A stretch of DNA of 64,000 bases, from assembly GCA_964552565.1 (NCBI GenBank), contig CAZKGL010000002.1, positions 365 to 64,364 on the forward strand, written 5' to 3'. This document shows positions 52,721 through 62,654 of this stretch, piece by piece. This stretch comes from an uncultured Gammaproteobacteria bacterium. GTDB taxonomy: Bacteria > Patescibacteriota > Patescibacteriia > UBA9934. Each line of letters starts with the position of its first letter. Position 1 is the first letter of the stretch. The notes below the pieces were generated by a model. It ran no database searches. It was not told where the DNA came from and was given only the letters and a program-made list of their open reading frames with translations. The position numbers were made by a program, and so were the translations under genes.

Positions 52721-53940
52721 TAGGTGAGCTTGGTGATGTCGCGCGGATAGAAGAGGTTGATCGTCCACTCGAAGGCGATACGGATGCGTTTTTTCGTGCT
52801 GGCGAACTTGAAGAGGTACACCGTGCGCCAGAGCCACCAGGTAAAGCGGCCCGAGATGTCGAATGCGCCGACCGTACCGGCGGCAAACCATTGGCCGAGG
52901 GAGACCAGCGAGCCCTTGGAACGGTACGCAAACGGGTGCAGCGGCCGTCCGGCGAGTTTTGCGACGACATTCTGCGCGACGGTCTTGCCTTGTGCGACCG
53001 CGACCTGGGCCAGCATGGGGAGCGGGGAAGGCGTCGCGGCAGAATCGCCGAGCACGAACATGCCGTCGACGCCGCGTGCCGCAAGTGTCGCATCGACGGC
53101 GATCCGCCCGTTCGTCATCTCGGGTGCGCCGTTTGTAAACGTTGGCACGACCGGCTTCACGCCCGCAGTCCACGCGACAAGCGATGCATCGATGCGCGAC
53201 CCATCACCAAGGTCGACGCCGTCCGTATCCACACCGAGCACCTGGACGCCGAGTTTGAGCACGATGCCGTTCTTGCGCAACCGTTCCTCCGCAGCCTTGC
53301 GCGTCGCTGGCGAAAACTGTGCAAGGAGTTCTGCGCTTGCGCTGACGAGCGTCACCGAAACCCCGTGCGTGCCGCCAAAATATTTTTCCGCAATACCGGT
53401 CGCGAACTCTGCAAGCTCCGCGACGAGCTCCACGCCCGTCGCGCCGGCGCCGACAACGACAAAGGAAAGCAAACGCCGCTTCGCTTCTTCATCATTCGTC
53501 AGCGCAGCAGCCTCAAATGCATCAATAACCCGTTCGCGGATACGGATCGCGTCGCTGAGCGTTTTCAGGCCGACGCCGTGCGCGTCCGCCCCCGGAACGC
53601 CGTAGTAATTCGTCTCCGCACCGCTTGCGAGGACGACAATGTCGTAAGGGATGTCACACGTTCCGACACGGATATTCTTTGCCGCGATATCAACGCCCGC
53701 GACGTCGCCTTGCGCAACACGGATGCCGGAGCGCGCAAACACGTCGCGCAGCGGCTCGGTCACGCTTGTCGGCGTCAGGCCGCCGGTGGCGACCTCATGG
53801 AGGAGCGGCGTAAACAAAAAGTAGTTCGTGCGGTTGATGACCGTTACGTCAATCTCCCCACGCCGCACCTTCGGCGCCAACCGCTTCGCAACCTCCATGC
53901 CCCCAAACCCGCTTCCGATGATGACGATGTGCTGCTTCAC
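52720..53940 (-). CDS. ndh: type II NADH dehydrogenase (NDH-2; FAD/NAD(P)-binding oxidoreductase)
   Basis: Two Rossmann motifs (VIIGSGFGGMEVAKRL; VVVGAGATGVELVAELAE), 406 aa. Confidence 0.8.
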   Translation of the reverse strand: MKQHIVIIGSGFGGMEVAKRLAPKVRRGEIDVTVINRTNYFLFTPLLHEVATGGLTPTSVTEPLRDVFARSGIRVAQGDVAGVDIAAKNIRVGTCDIPYDIVVLASGAETNYYGVPGADAHGVGLKTLSDAIRIRERVIDAFEAAALTNDEEAKRRLLSFVVVGAGATGVELVAELAEFATGIAEKYFGGTHGVSVTLVSASAELLAQFSPATRKAAEERLRKNGIVLKLGVQVLGVDTDGVDLGDGSRIDASLVAWTAGVKPVVPTFTNGAPEMTNGRIAVDATLAARGVDGMFVLGDSAATPSPLPMLAQVAVAQGKTVAQNVVAKLAGRPLHPFAYRSKGSLVSLGQWFAAGTVGAFDISGRFTWWLWRTVYLFKFASTKKRIRIAFEWTINLFYPRDITKLT

Positions 53941-53949
53941 AATGATGGG

Positions 53950-54891
53950 TTACTCTTCTTTCGCCTTCCCATGAAACTGCTTGTACACGCGCTTCAGTTC
54001 TTTGTCGGTGATGTGCGTGTAGACCTGGGTCGTGATGATCGATTCGTGGCCGAGGAGCGACTGGACGCTGCGGATGTCGGCGCCGTTGCGCAGGAGGTCG
54101 GTCGCGAAGGTGTGGCGGAGCGTGTGCGGCGTCACGCGTTTCGTGATGCCGGCCGCACGGGCGTACCGGTCGACGATGCGCTGCACGCTGCGCGGCGTGA
54201 GCGCCTGGCTGCCGCCTTTCTTCGCGCGGTCATGCCGGACAAACAGGAACGGCGCGACGTCGTGGCGGATGGTGAGGTACGCCTTGAGCGCCGTCTTCGC
54301 GTCGTCGGAAAGAAAGACGACGCGGTGCTTGCTCCCTTTTCCCTTCACCGTAAATTCGTCCTGCTTCAGGTTGACCTGCTCAATCTGCAAATTCGCCAGC
54401 TCTGAGACGCGCAGGCCGGTGGAAAAAAGGAGCTCGAGGATGGCCCGGTCGCGCAGGCCGACGATCGACCGATCTTTTGCGGCGATGGCGAGCATCCGCT
54501 TCAGCTCGTCCGCTTCGAGGAAGCTCACATGCCGCCCATCCTGCTTGGCCAACTCGATCTTTTCCGGAGAAAGCGAGGCAATATCGCGCTTGGCGAGGAA
54601 CTTCAGGAAGGCGCGGAGCGCGATGAGGTGGTAGTTTTGGGTCGATTTCTTGAGGCTGTCCTCCTCGCGGCCGGCAAGGTCGCGGTTCAGGAAAAGCCGA
54701 AATTTTCGCACCAATTCAAGCGTAATCTCGTCCGGCTTCTTGATCTTCGCCCAATCGAGGAATCGGCGCAGGTAAAAATGGTAGTTGCGGACCGTCAGCG
54801 CCGACCGTCCACGTTCAATTTCCAAATATTCCAGGAATTGCGTGAGGGAACGTTCCAAGGACAAGGGCATACGCCACATATTGTACGACAC
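53950..54891 (-). CDS. xerD: tyrosine recombinase XerC/XerD
   Basis: N-terminal core-binding (LERSLTQFLEYLEIERGRSALTVRNY) and catalytic R..HxxR..Y (HTLRHTFATDLL...GHESIITTQVYTH). Confidence 0.9.
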   Translation of the reverse strand: MSYNMWRMPLSLERSLTQFLEYLEIERGRSALTVRNYHFYLRRFLDWAKIKKPDEITLELVRKFRLFLNRDLAGREEDSLKKSTQNYHLIALRAFLKFLAKRDIASLSPEKIELAKQDGRHVSFLEADELKRMLAIAAKDRSIVGLRDRAILELLFSTGLRVSELANLQIEQVNLKQDEFTVKGKGSKHRVVFLSDDAKTALKAYLTIRHDVAPFLFVRHDRAKKGGSQALTPRSVQRIVDRYARAAGITKRVTPHTLRHTFATDLLRNGADIRSVQSLLGHESIITTQVYTHITDKELKRVYKQFHGKAKEE

Positions 54892-55005
54892 ACTTGACCA
54901 AGGCGACGAATTCCGCTAGAGTTTGGGCACTAATTCACTGTCGTGCGCCATGGTTTGCGGGTTGAGCACCCCTTTCTGCGACGCTCGAATGCACATCGTC
55001 AGGCT

Positions 55006-55299
55006 ATGCTCAGCAAGAAACAGAAGGAGAACCTCATCAAGAAGTTCGGCACCCATGCGAACGACACCGGTTCGCCGCAGGTGCAGATCGCCCTCCTCAC
55101 GAAGGAGGTTGAGGAGCTCACGAAGCACCTCAAGAACCACCGCAAGGACTTCAGCTCGCGCCGCGGCCTCATCAAAAAGGTCGCCGAGCGCCGCCGCCTC
55201 CTCAAGTACCTGGAGCGCGAAGATGAGAAGGCATACGCGTCGCTGGTCGAAGAACTCGGCCTCAAGCCGTCGCAGCAGACCGCCAAAGCAACCAAGTAA
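55006..55299 (+). CDS. rpsO: 30S ribosomal protein S15
   Basis: MLSKKQKENLIKKFGTHANDTGSPQVQIALLTKEVEELTKHL... Confidence 0.9.
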   Translation: MLSKKQKENLIKKFGTHANDTGSPQVQIALLTKEVEELTKHLKNHRKDFSSRRGLIKKVAERRRLLKYLEREDEKAYASLVEELGLKPSQQTAKATK

Positions 55300-55392
55300 G
55301 CAGCCGCACCTTGCGCTATTCCGGCGCAGGGTGCTGTTGTACTATAAGGAGGGAGATTTTTCAGACCATTTTTTAAACGCCAGTTTTCTTTT

Positions 55393-56034
55393 ATGCTCGA
55401 CACACAGCACCGCCGCGTGGGCGTGTTCATCGATATCCAGAACATGTACTACAGCGCACGCAACCTTTACGGAAACAAGGTGAACTTTGCCAACATCGTG
55501 AAAGCGACGACCGGTGACCAGAAGCTCATCCGCGCCATCGCGTACGGCGTCTCGACGAAAGGCGGGGACGAAACCGCGTTCTTCGAGGCGCTCCACGGCG
55601 CAGGCATCGAAGTGATGACCAAAGAGCTCCTCGAGTACGACTCAGGGCACAAGAAAGGCGACTGGGATGTCGGCATTACGATCGACATCGTCCGCATGCT
55701 CGACATGGTGGACGTCGTCGTCCTCGTGTCCGGCGATGGCGATTACGTGCCGGTGGGCGATTACGTGAAGGGGCGCGGCCGCATCTTCCATGTCGCGTCC
55801 TTCCGCGAGTCGACCTCGACGCGCCTGGTCGAGACCGCGGACATCTACACGAACCTTTCCGACGACACCGCGCAGTTCCTCATCCCGGGCGGCGGCCGTC
55901 CGCGCCCGCCGCGCAAGGGCGAGGCAAGCATCGACCCGACGTCGGTCGAAGACGAACCGAAACCCGCGCAGGTCGACCACAACGTCGTCAACGACGAGCA
56001 GCGCAAGCCGCGCCGCTTCGCCCGCCGTGGATAG
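55393..56034 (+). CDS. NYN-domain (LabA-like) putative RNase inserted between rpsO and pnp
   Basis: VGVFIDIQNMYYSARNL...VVLVSGDGDYVPV matches the PIN-like LabA/NYN fold; basic/acidic low-complexity C-terminal tail. Confidence 0.7.
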   Translation: MLDTQHRRVGVFIDIQNMYYSARNLYGNKVNFANIVKATTGDQKLIRAIAYGVSTKGGDETAFFEALHGAGIEVMTKELLEYDSGHKKGDWDVGITIDIVRMLDMVDVVVLVSGDGDYVPVGDYVKGRGRIFHVASFRESTSTRLVETADIYTNLSDDTAQFLIPGGGRPRPPRKGEASIDPTSVEDEPKPAQVDHNVVNDEQRKPRRFARRG

Positions 56035-56157
56035 TTGACGCAAAGCCATCGAACCGGTTCGATGGCTCCCGTCACTTATTCATAACATCGGCCCGGGACA
56101 TCGAGACCTTTGCCGTATGGCTGAGTTCTTGTGCCTCGGGCCGAGCAACGTCACGCT

Positions 56158-58404
56158 ATGCAAACGCAGCAGTTCAGCATGGAGTACGGCGGCAAGCCGC
56201 TCACCATTGAGGTAGGGAAGTTCGCCCAGGCGGCAAACGGCAGTTGTACGGTGCGCTACGGCGACACCGTCGTCCTTGCCACCGCCGTCCTCAGCAAGGA
56301 CAAGCGGCCGGGGCTCGGGTTCTTCCCGCTCATGGTCGAGTTCGAAGAAAAATTGTACGCCGCCGGCCGCATCAAGGGGTCGCGCTTCATCAAGCGTGAA
56401 GGCCGCCCGACCGACGAAGCGGTGCTCAACGCGCGCTTCATCGACCGCGCCATCCGCCCGCTCTTTGACAGTCGCATCGAACACGACGTGCAGGTCATCG
56501 TGACCGTGCTCGCGTTCGACGGTAAGAACGACGCGGACATCCCAGGCCTCATCGCCGCGTCCTGCGCGCTCCACATGTCCGATATCCCGTGGGGCGGCCC
56601 TATCGCCGCGGCACGCGTGAACAAGGTCGATGGCCAGCTGCTCCTGAACGGCACCTACGAAGAGCGCGAAAAGAGCCTCTTTGACGTCGATGTCGCCGGC
56701 ACCCCGGAAAAGGTCATCATGATCGAGGCGGGTGCGAAGGAAGCAAGCGAAGACGACGTCCTCGCCGCATTCGCGTTCGGCCAGGAGCGCCTCGGCGACG
56801 TCATTACGCTCATCGAGCAGGTCCGCGCCGCGGTCGGCAAGGAAAAGAAGGACCTCGTGTCGCCGAAAACGGACGCGGAAAAGGCGGCGGCCGAAAAGCG
56901 CACCGTTCTCAAAGCGAAGGCGGACGCCATTATGGAGCCCCTTATCCGCGAACTCTTCTACGGCGCGCCGAAGGCGACGAAAACCGAACGCGCACTCGCG
57001 AAGGACGAAGTGAAACGCCGCCTTGTCGCGCAACTGACGGCGGAAGGCGCGGAACCGGACGACATCGCATACACCTCGTCGCTCGTGTACGACTGCATCG
57101 AGGCGATGATCACGCGGCTCATTCTTGACGAAGGCCGACGCGTCGACGGCCGCGGGCTCGACGAGATCCGCCCGTTGTATTCGGAAGTCGCGACGCTGCC
57201 GTGCGTGCACGGGTCCGGCCTCTTCATGCGCGGCGAAACGCAGGTCCTGTCGGTGTGCACTCTCGGCGCGCCGGGCGACAAACAGACGCTCGACGGCATG
57301 GAACTCATCGGCGAGAAACGGTTTATGCACCACTACAACTTCCCGCCGTTCTCGGTCGGTGAAGCGAAGCCCTTGCGCGGTGCGGGCCGCCGCGAAATCG
57401 GCCACGGCGCGCTCGCCGAAAAGGCGCTCATGCACATGATCCCGGACAAGGAGGCGTTCCCGTACTCCATCCGCGTCGTGTCCGAAGTCCTCGGCAGCAA
57501 CGGCTCGAGTTCGATGGGCTCGACGTGTGGCGCGACGCTCGCGCTCATGGACGCCGGCGTGCCGATCAAGGCCCCGGTCGCGGGTATCGCGATGGGCCTT
57601 GCGAGTGACGGCGAACGCGCGATGGTCATCACCGACCTCCAGGACCTGGAGGACGGCGAGGGCGGCATGGACTTCAAAATCACCGGCACGAAGGACGGCA
57701 TTACTGCCATCCAGATGGACACGAAGACCGACGGCCTGACGCGGGAGATCATGGAAACCGCGGTGCGCCGCGCCAAGGAGGCCCGCATGCGGGTGCTCGA
57801 CGTCATGCTCGCCGCGCTCCCCGCACCGCGTCCGGAGCTTTCCCCGAACGCGCCGCGCATCCTCAAGCTCCGCATTAACCCGGACAAGATCCGCGAAGTC
57901 ATCGGCCCGGGCGGCAAGATGATCAACGAGATCATCGCAAAGACCGGCGTGACCGCGATCGACATCGAACAAGATGGCCTCGTCATGATTACTGCGGTCG
58001 ACGGCGCATCGGGCGACGCGGCATACAAGTGGATCGCTGACCTGACGAAGGAAGTGACCGTCGGCGAACTGTACGAGGGCGAGGTCGTCCGCCTCATGGA
58101 CTTCGGCGCGTTCGTGCAGATCCTTCCGGGCAAGGACGGCCTCGTGCACATCTCGGAACTCGCGCCGTGGCGCGTGAATGCCGTCACCGACATCGTGAAT
58201 ATCGGTGACAAGGTCAAGGTGAAAGTCATCGAAATCGACGACAAGGGCCGCACGAACCTCTCCATGAAACAGGCCGAGGGCAACGTCTACCCGGAGCGCC
58301 CCGCCGGCGCGCCGGACAGCACCGGCAGCGGCATGCGGAGCGCCCGTCCGCCCATGCGCGGCGGGAACGGCTCCCGCGGTCCGCGCCGCGATACGCGATC
58401 GTAA
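56158..58404 (+). CDS. pnp: polyribonucleotide nucleotidyltransferase (PNPase)
   Basis: Two RNase PH domains, KH (PDKIREVIGPGGKMINEII), S1 (GEVVRLMDFGAFVQI), Gly/Arg-rich C-terminal tail. Confidence 0.95.
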   Translation: MQTQQFSMEYGGKPLTIEVGKFAQAANGSCTVRYGDTVVLATAVLSKDKRPGLGFFPLMVEFEEKLYAAGRIKGSRFIKREGRPTDEAVLNARFIDRAIRPLFDSRIEHDVQVIVTVLAFDGKNDADIPGLIAASCALHMSDIPWGGPIAAARVNKVDGQLLLNGTYEEREKSLFDVDVAGTPEKVIMIEAGAKEASEDDVLAAFAFGQERLGDVITLIEQVRAAVGKEKKDLVSPKTDAEKAAAEKRTVLKAKADAIMEPLIRELFYGAPKATKTERALAKDEVKRRLVAQLTAEGAEPDDIAYTSSLVYDCIEAMITRLILDEGRRVDGRGLDEIRPLYSEVATLPCVHGSGLFMRGETQVLSVCTLGAPGDKQTLDGMELIGEKRFMHHYNFPPFSVGEAKPLRGAGRREIGHGALAEKALMHMIPDKEAFPYSIRVVSEVLGSNGSSSMGSTCGATLALMDAGVPIKAPVAGIAMGLASDGERAMVITDLQDLEDGEGGMDFKITGTKDGITAIQMDTKTDGLTREIMETAVRRAKEARMRVLDVMLAALPAPRPELSPNAPRILKLRINPDKIREVIGPGGKMINEIIAKTGVTAIDIEQDGLVMITAVDGASGDAAYKWIADLTKEVTVGELYEGEVVRLMDFGAFVQILPGKDGLVHISELAPWRVNAVTDIVNIGDKVKVKVIEIDDKGRTNLSMKQAEGNVYPERPAGAPDSTGSGMRSARPPMRGGNGSRGPRRDTRS

Positions 58405-58405
58405 C

Positions 58406-59650
58406 ATGCAACCGGCACTCAACATCCCCCTAGCGAGCGCGCCAACAACCCGTCGTGATTATCGACGGGTTGTTGCGCTTTGCCTTGCGGTCGCCGCCGG
58501 GCTGTGTGCCGCAGTACTCGCGTTCCGCATTCCGTTTGCTATGAGTACGACGCTCGGCCTCCGTCCGGAGACCACGGCTGCGAGCATCCGCGTCCTCGTC
58601 ACGCCGGCGAACGTCCGCACGCTCGACGAGCGCCTCGGAACATATGCACCCGCAACCGGCCTGCCGTGGACCATGCGGGACATCATCGCACGGAGTAAAC
58701 GGGAATTCAGCATCCATATCACGAGTGACGGGCAGATCAGTATTACCGTCGACACCCCGCTGCCCGAAGAAGACGCGGCGGCGCTGTCGGCATTCGGCTT
58801 TTCGGCTATTACCGCCGATGCCGTAACCGTCATCGTTCCCGACGGCCTGCCGACGGGGGAGACGGGTCCGTCTTTCCGTGCCGGCGCGCTGCTTCCGACG
58901 TACGACGGCGATCTTCATATTTTTGGCGAAGAAACGGCATCGGCGCCGCTACGGATTACCGGCGGCGGCGTCTCCATCGTTGGCATGGGCATCGCGGAAG
59001 ACGGCATTGCATCCGGACTGTTCGCCCCAAATGGCGCAGCCGTCCTGGCAAAACTCGCAATTCCCGCCGGGTTCCACGATGTCCCGATGATGTGGGAGAG
59101 CCTTTTGCCCGTTGCAGCAACGGCGAAAGCGCTGGACACGCTCCTTGCGAACGGCGGCGCACTCCTCGTGACGGAAGATCGTGATGGTCTTGGGTATTTC
59201 CTGAGTTTTCCGCCCGGCGACCTGACCGTGGAAGAACTCGCAAGCCTTGGGAAGGACATCATGAACCGTCAAACTCTGACTACGCAGGCGTGGACAACGG
59301 AAGACGGGGAGGCGTTCACGGAAATCCGGAGCGCAACCGAAGACATTGCAATCGATATCCGGGCGGAAGAAGCATTTACGCTTATTTCCCTGAGTAACAC
59401 CACGGGCAACCTCATTCGGCTCGCGAAGACACCGAACCTCCTTACGCTTGCGAATAGGGACATTTCCTTGGAAAATACTGAAAAGGTACAGTCAGAATGC
59501 ATGTACCGTGCCCATTCATGGTTCAAAACATCCGTACTTCCTCACGCGGAAGTCGCAGGACTCCTGAACACCAACCACACGCTCGTAACATTCCTCAGAA
59601 ACTTCGAGGAAGTCGCAATAAACGTGAGTAAGATTACGCTCTGTTGGTAA
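58406..59650 (+). CDS. hypothetical membrane-anchored protein (414 aa)
   Basis: N-terminal TM (VVALCLAVAAGLCAAVLAF); no recognisable domains; 1 nt after the pnp stop. Confidence 0.5.
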   Translation: MQPALNIPLASAPTTRRDYRRVVALCLAVAAGLCAAVLAFRIPFAMSTTLGLRPETTAASIRVLVTPANVRTLDERLGTYAPATGLPWTMRDIIARSKREFSIHITSDGQISITVDTPLPEEDAAALSAFGFSAITADAVTVIVPDGLPTGETGPSFRAGALLPTYDGDLHIFGEETASAPLRITGGGVSIVGMGIAEDGIASGLFAPNGAAVLAKLAIPAGFHDVPMMWESLLPVAATAKALDTLLANGGALLVTEDRDGLGYFLSFPPGDLTVEELASLGKDIMNRQTLTTQAWTTEDGEAFTEIRSATEDIAIDIRAEEAFTLISLSNTTGNLIRLAKTPNLLTLANRDISLENTEKVQSECMYRAHSWFKTSVLPHAEVAGLLNTNHTLVTFLRNFEEVAINVSKITLCW

Positions 59651-59653
59651 GAA

Positions 59654-59725
59654 TGTGGATAACATGTGTTTTCTACACAAGTTATCCACAAGCATACACA
59701 AAACTTGCGCAGAAAATTATCCACA
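59654..59725. promoter_or_regulatory. cluster of three perfect DnaA boxes (TGTGGATAA, TTATCCACA, TTATCCACA) in an AT-rich intergenic region; oriC-like or DnaA-regulated element
   Basis: Exact consensus 9-mers at 59654-59662, 59682-59690, 59717-59725. AT-rich DUE-like tract 59726-59800. Further TCCAC-containing degenerate boxes downstream. Confidence 0.5.
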
Positions 59726-60258
59726 AGTGCAAAAAACTATTTATTTACAAAGCATTTGTGCTGTTTACAATAGTTGTTCAACGTCATACAATATTTTTGT
59801 GAACGTCATGCTCTTTCCACAAAACCTCTAGACCCCTGAACGAAGCATCGATCAGGGATGACATAGGGGAAGTTCCCCGAAGCCCCCACATTTCCAGCTT
59901 CGGGGAATACCTCACTGCTTTACTCTCCATCTCCAGGGGGAACTTCGCTGAGCGACCTGTACGTGCACCGCACGCAAGGAAGCCCATGCAGGGTAGAGCA
60001 GGTCGTCAACGCGAAACGCTGTTGACGCCGATCAGACGGTGAGTAGTCCATTCGACGATGTCGAGTCGACTACCCACCGCCTGAGCGCGGTGTCCGGCAA
60101 TCGCCCTACTGAGGGTAGCGCATCACAACCTGTTCCGCAGGACATATTTTTTCCACGTCCACCACGTGTCCACTTGCCTGCAAGAACAGCACTCGCGCTC
60201 CCTCTTTTCAATTTCCGACAGTTTGTTATAGTGCCGAGACTTGCACTTTATTTTCTTT

Positions 60259-60630
60259 ATGAAGAGCCAACTTTTGGACCAACTGAAGGCCCAGCTCTCG
60301 GCAGAAAAGCAGAAACTCGAAGCCGAGCTTGCAAATATCGCCCACCGCACGCAAAACACCGGGGGGGATTTTGATGCGGACTTTCCGTCACACGGCGACA
60401 AAGAAGACGAGAATGCTGCGGAAGTTGCGGAATTCAGCGACAATCTTTCTTTGGAAAGCGAACTCGAGTCCGCGCTGAAGGATGTAAACTCCGCATTGAA
60501 GGCGATCGACACCGGTTCATACGGCAAGTGTAAATACTGCCAGAATGAAATTGATGTCCAGCGCCTCATGGCCCGCCCGACCTCCACGTCGTGCATCGCC
60601 TGCAAGAAAACGCTGACACAGGAAGTCTAG
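60259..60630 (+). CDS. DksA/TraR-family C4 zinc-finger protein
   Basis: Coiled-coil N-terminus, CKYCQNEID...CIACK four-Cys finger, 123 aa. Start could also be the TTG at 60241. Confidence 0.7.
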   Translation: MKSQLLDQLKAQLSAEKQKLEAELANIAHRTQNTGGDFDADFPSHGDKEDENAAEVAEFSDNLSLESELESALKDVNSALKAIDTGSYGKCKYCQNEIDVQRLMARPTSTSCIACKKTLTQEV

Positions 60631-60632
60631 CC

Positions 60633-61091
60633 ATGCGAACACGCGCCGTCTTGGTCACTGCCATCGCATTTGCCGTGGCACTCCTCGACGGCGCGTTTAA
60701 ATATCTCGCCATTCGCTTCTTGCCGCTCGATTCACAACCCGTGTCCGCGCCGATCGACCTTGCGCTCCACAAAAATCCCGGCATTTCATTCGACATCCCA
60801 CTCCCGATGGCGTTTATCGTCCCATTCACGATCGTGGTGATCGCCGCGTTGCTCATGATGGCTCGTGACGCATGGCGCGGAAACGCCATGCGGTCCGCAT
60901 CAGCGGCCGTCATCGCGCTCGGCGCCCTCGGCAACCTCGTCGATCGCATCATCAACGGGTTTACGACCGATTACCTCATCCTTTTCGCCACGTCGGCCAT
61001 CAATTTGGCAGATATCCTCATCATCGTTGGCGCCGTCGGCCTTTTGTACTACACTCGATACAACCCCCCTGTCCCGTCGCGCGAATCTTAA
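60633..61091 (+). CDS. lspA: lipoprotein signal peptidase II
   Basis: Four TM helices with conserved Asp motifs (GNLVDRI, FNLADILI); 2 nt after the dksA-like stop. Confidence 0.8.
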   Translation: MRTRAVLVTAIAFAVALLDGAFKYLAIRFLPLDSQPVSAPIDLALHKNPGISFDIPLPMAFIVPFTIVVIAALLMMARDAWRGNAMRSASAAVIALGALGNLVDRIINGFTTDYLILFATSAINLADILIIVGAVGLLYYTRYNPPVPSRES

Positions 61092-61118
61092 GTCACTCCC
61101 CTGTATATCTTTTGGTAT

Positions 61119-62642
61119 ATGGGGTCTTCTTGTAGTTACGCGCCCGCGCTCGTCGGGCTTGCCGCACTTCCCGTGTGCGTGGAGGCGGATATTGCGTCAG
61201 GGCTGCCGAAATTTCTCATCGTCGGCCTGCCGGACGCCGCCGTCAGTGAGTCCCGCGAACGCGTACGGTCGGCGATGAAAAACAGCGGCCTCCCGTTTCC
61301 ACGCACGCACATCACCATCAGCCTTGCGCCCGCCGACGTGCGCAAACAAGGCCCGGCGTACGACCTCGCGATCGCGCTTGCCATTCTTTCCGCGCATGGC
61401 AGCGTGACGCCCGTGCAGCCGCTCTCGCGGTTCGTCTGCCTTGGCGAACTCGCCCTCGATGGCCGGGTACGGCCGGTCCGTGGCGCGCTCCTTGCCGCGA
61501 TGATGGCAAAAGCGCAAGGATTTTCCGGCATTATCGTGGCGCCAGAAAACGCCAACGAGGCCGGCCTCGTCGATGGTATTGCCGTGTATCCGGTCGCAAC
61601 CCTCGCCGAATGCGTCATGCGCCTGGAAGAAGGGTCGTTCGTTGCGCATACGCCGTCATCCATCGCCCGTGAAGGGCGGCGAAATGCCGAGGACATGGCG
61701 AACATCCGTGGCCAGGAGCAGGTAAAGCGCGCGCTCGAGATCGCGGCGGCGGGCGGGCACAATATCCTCCTCTCCGGCACGCCGGGGGCGGGGAAGACGA
61801 TGCTCGCCCGCGCCCTGCCATCCATCCTTCCGGAACTCACATTCGCGGAGGCACTCGAAATCACGATGATCCATTCCGTCGCCGGCACACTTCCCGAGTC
61901 GTCCGCGCTCGTCGCCGAGCGCCCGTTCCGGAGCCCGCACCATACGAGTTCAGGCACTGCGCTCGTCGGTGGCGGATCATGGCCGAAGCCCGGCGAGGTG
62001 TCGCTGGCGCACCGGGGGGTCCTTTTCCTCGACGAGTTCCCCGAGTTCTCCCGCAACGTCCTCGAAAACCTGCGACAGCCGCTGGAGGACGGGGTAGTCG
62101 TCATCTCCCGCGCCGCAGGGACGCTGGAGTTCCCGGCGCGCTTCATGCTCGTCGCCGCGATGAACCCATGCCCATGCGGGTTCCTGAATGACCCCGGCCG
62201 CGCCTGCACCTGCACGCCTGGCCAGATCCTCAAATACCAGCAGAAAATTTCCGGCCCGCTCCTCGACCGGATTGACATGTGCTGCGAGGTGCCGCGCGTC
62301 GACTTTGCAAAACTCACGAGCGCTGCGAACGCCGAACCGTCAGCCGTCATCCGTGCGCGCGTGCAGCGTGCGCGCGACATCCAAACCACACGGTTTGCCG
62401 GCTCCGCCGTCACGATGAACGCCGAACTACGCGCGGAGCCGCTGCGCACGCATTGCGACCTCGATGAGGAGGGGCTTGCGCTCATTAAACATGCCGTCGA
62501 GCGGCTCTCCATGTCTGCACGTGGGTACACCCGCGTACTCCGCGTCGCGCGCACCATCGCGGACCTTGCGGAGTCGGAACAGATCACCGTGCCACACCTC
62601 GCCGAGGCGCTGCAGTACCGGCCGAAGACGGTAGTACAGTAG
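61119..62642 (+). CDS. comM: YifB/ComM-family Mg-chelatase-like AAA+ ATPase
   Basis: N-terminal Lon-like domain, Walker A GTPGAGKTM, Walker B LFLDEF, C-terminal Mg-chelatase subunit ChlI-like domain, 507 aa. Confidence 0.85.
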   Translation: MGSSCSYAPALVGLAALPVCVEADIASGLPKFLIVGLPDAAVSESRERVRSAMKNSGLPFPRTHITISLAPADVRKQGPAYDLAIALAILSAHGSVTPVQPLSRFVCLGELALDGRVRPVRGALLAAMMAKAQGFSGIIVAPENANEAGLVDGIAVYPVATLAECVMRLEEGSFVAHTPSSIAREGRRNAEDMANIRGQEQVKRALEIAAAGGHNILLSGTPGAGKTMLARALPSILPELTFAEALEITMIHSVAGTLPESSALVAERPFRSPHHTSSGTALVGGGSWPKPGEVSLAHRGVLFLDEFPEFSRNVLENLRQPLEDGVVVISRAAGTLEFPARFMLVAAMNPCPCGFLNDPGRACTCTPGQILKYQQKISGPLLDRIDMCCEVPRVDFAKLTSAANAEPSAVIRARVQRARDIQTTRFAGSAVTMNAELRAEPLRTHCDLDEEGLALIKHAVERLSMSARGYTRVLRVARTIADLAESEQITVPHLAEALQYRPKTVVQ

Positions 62643-62654
62643 ACGTAGGTACAT

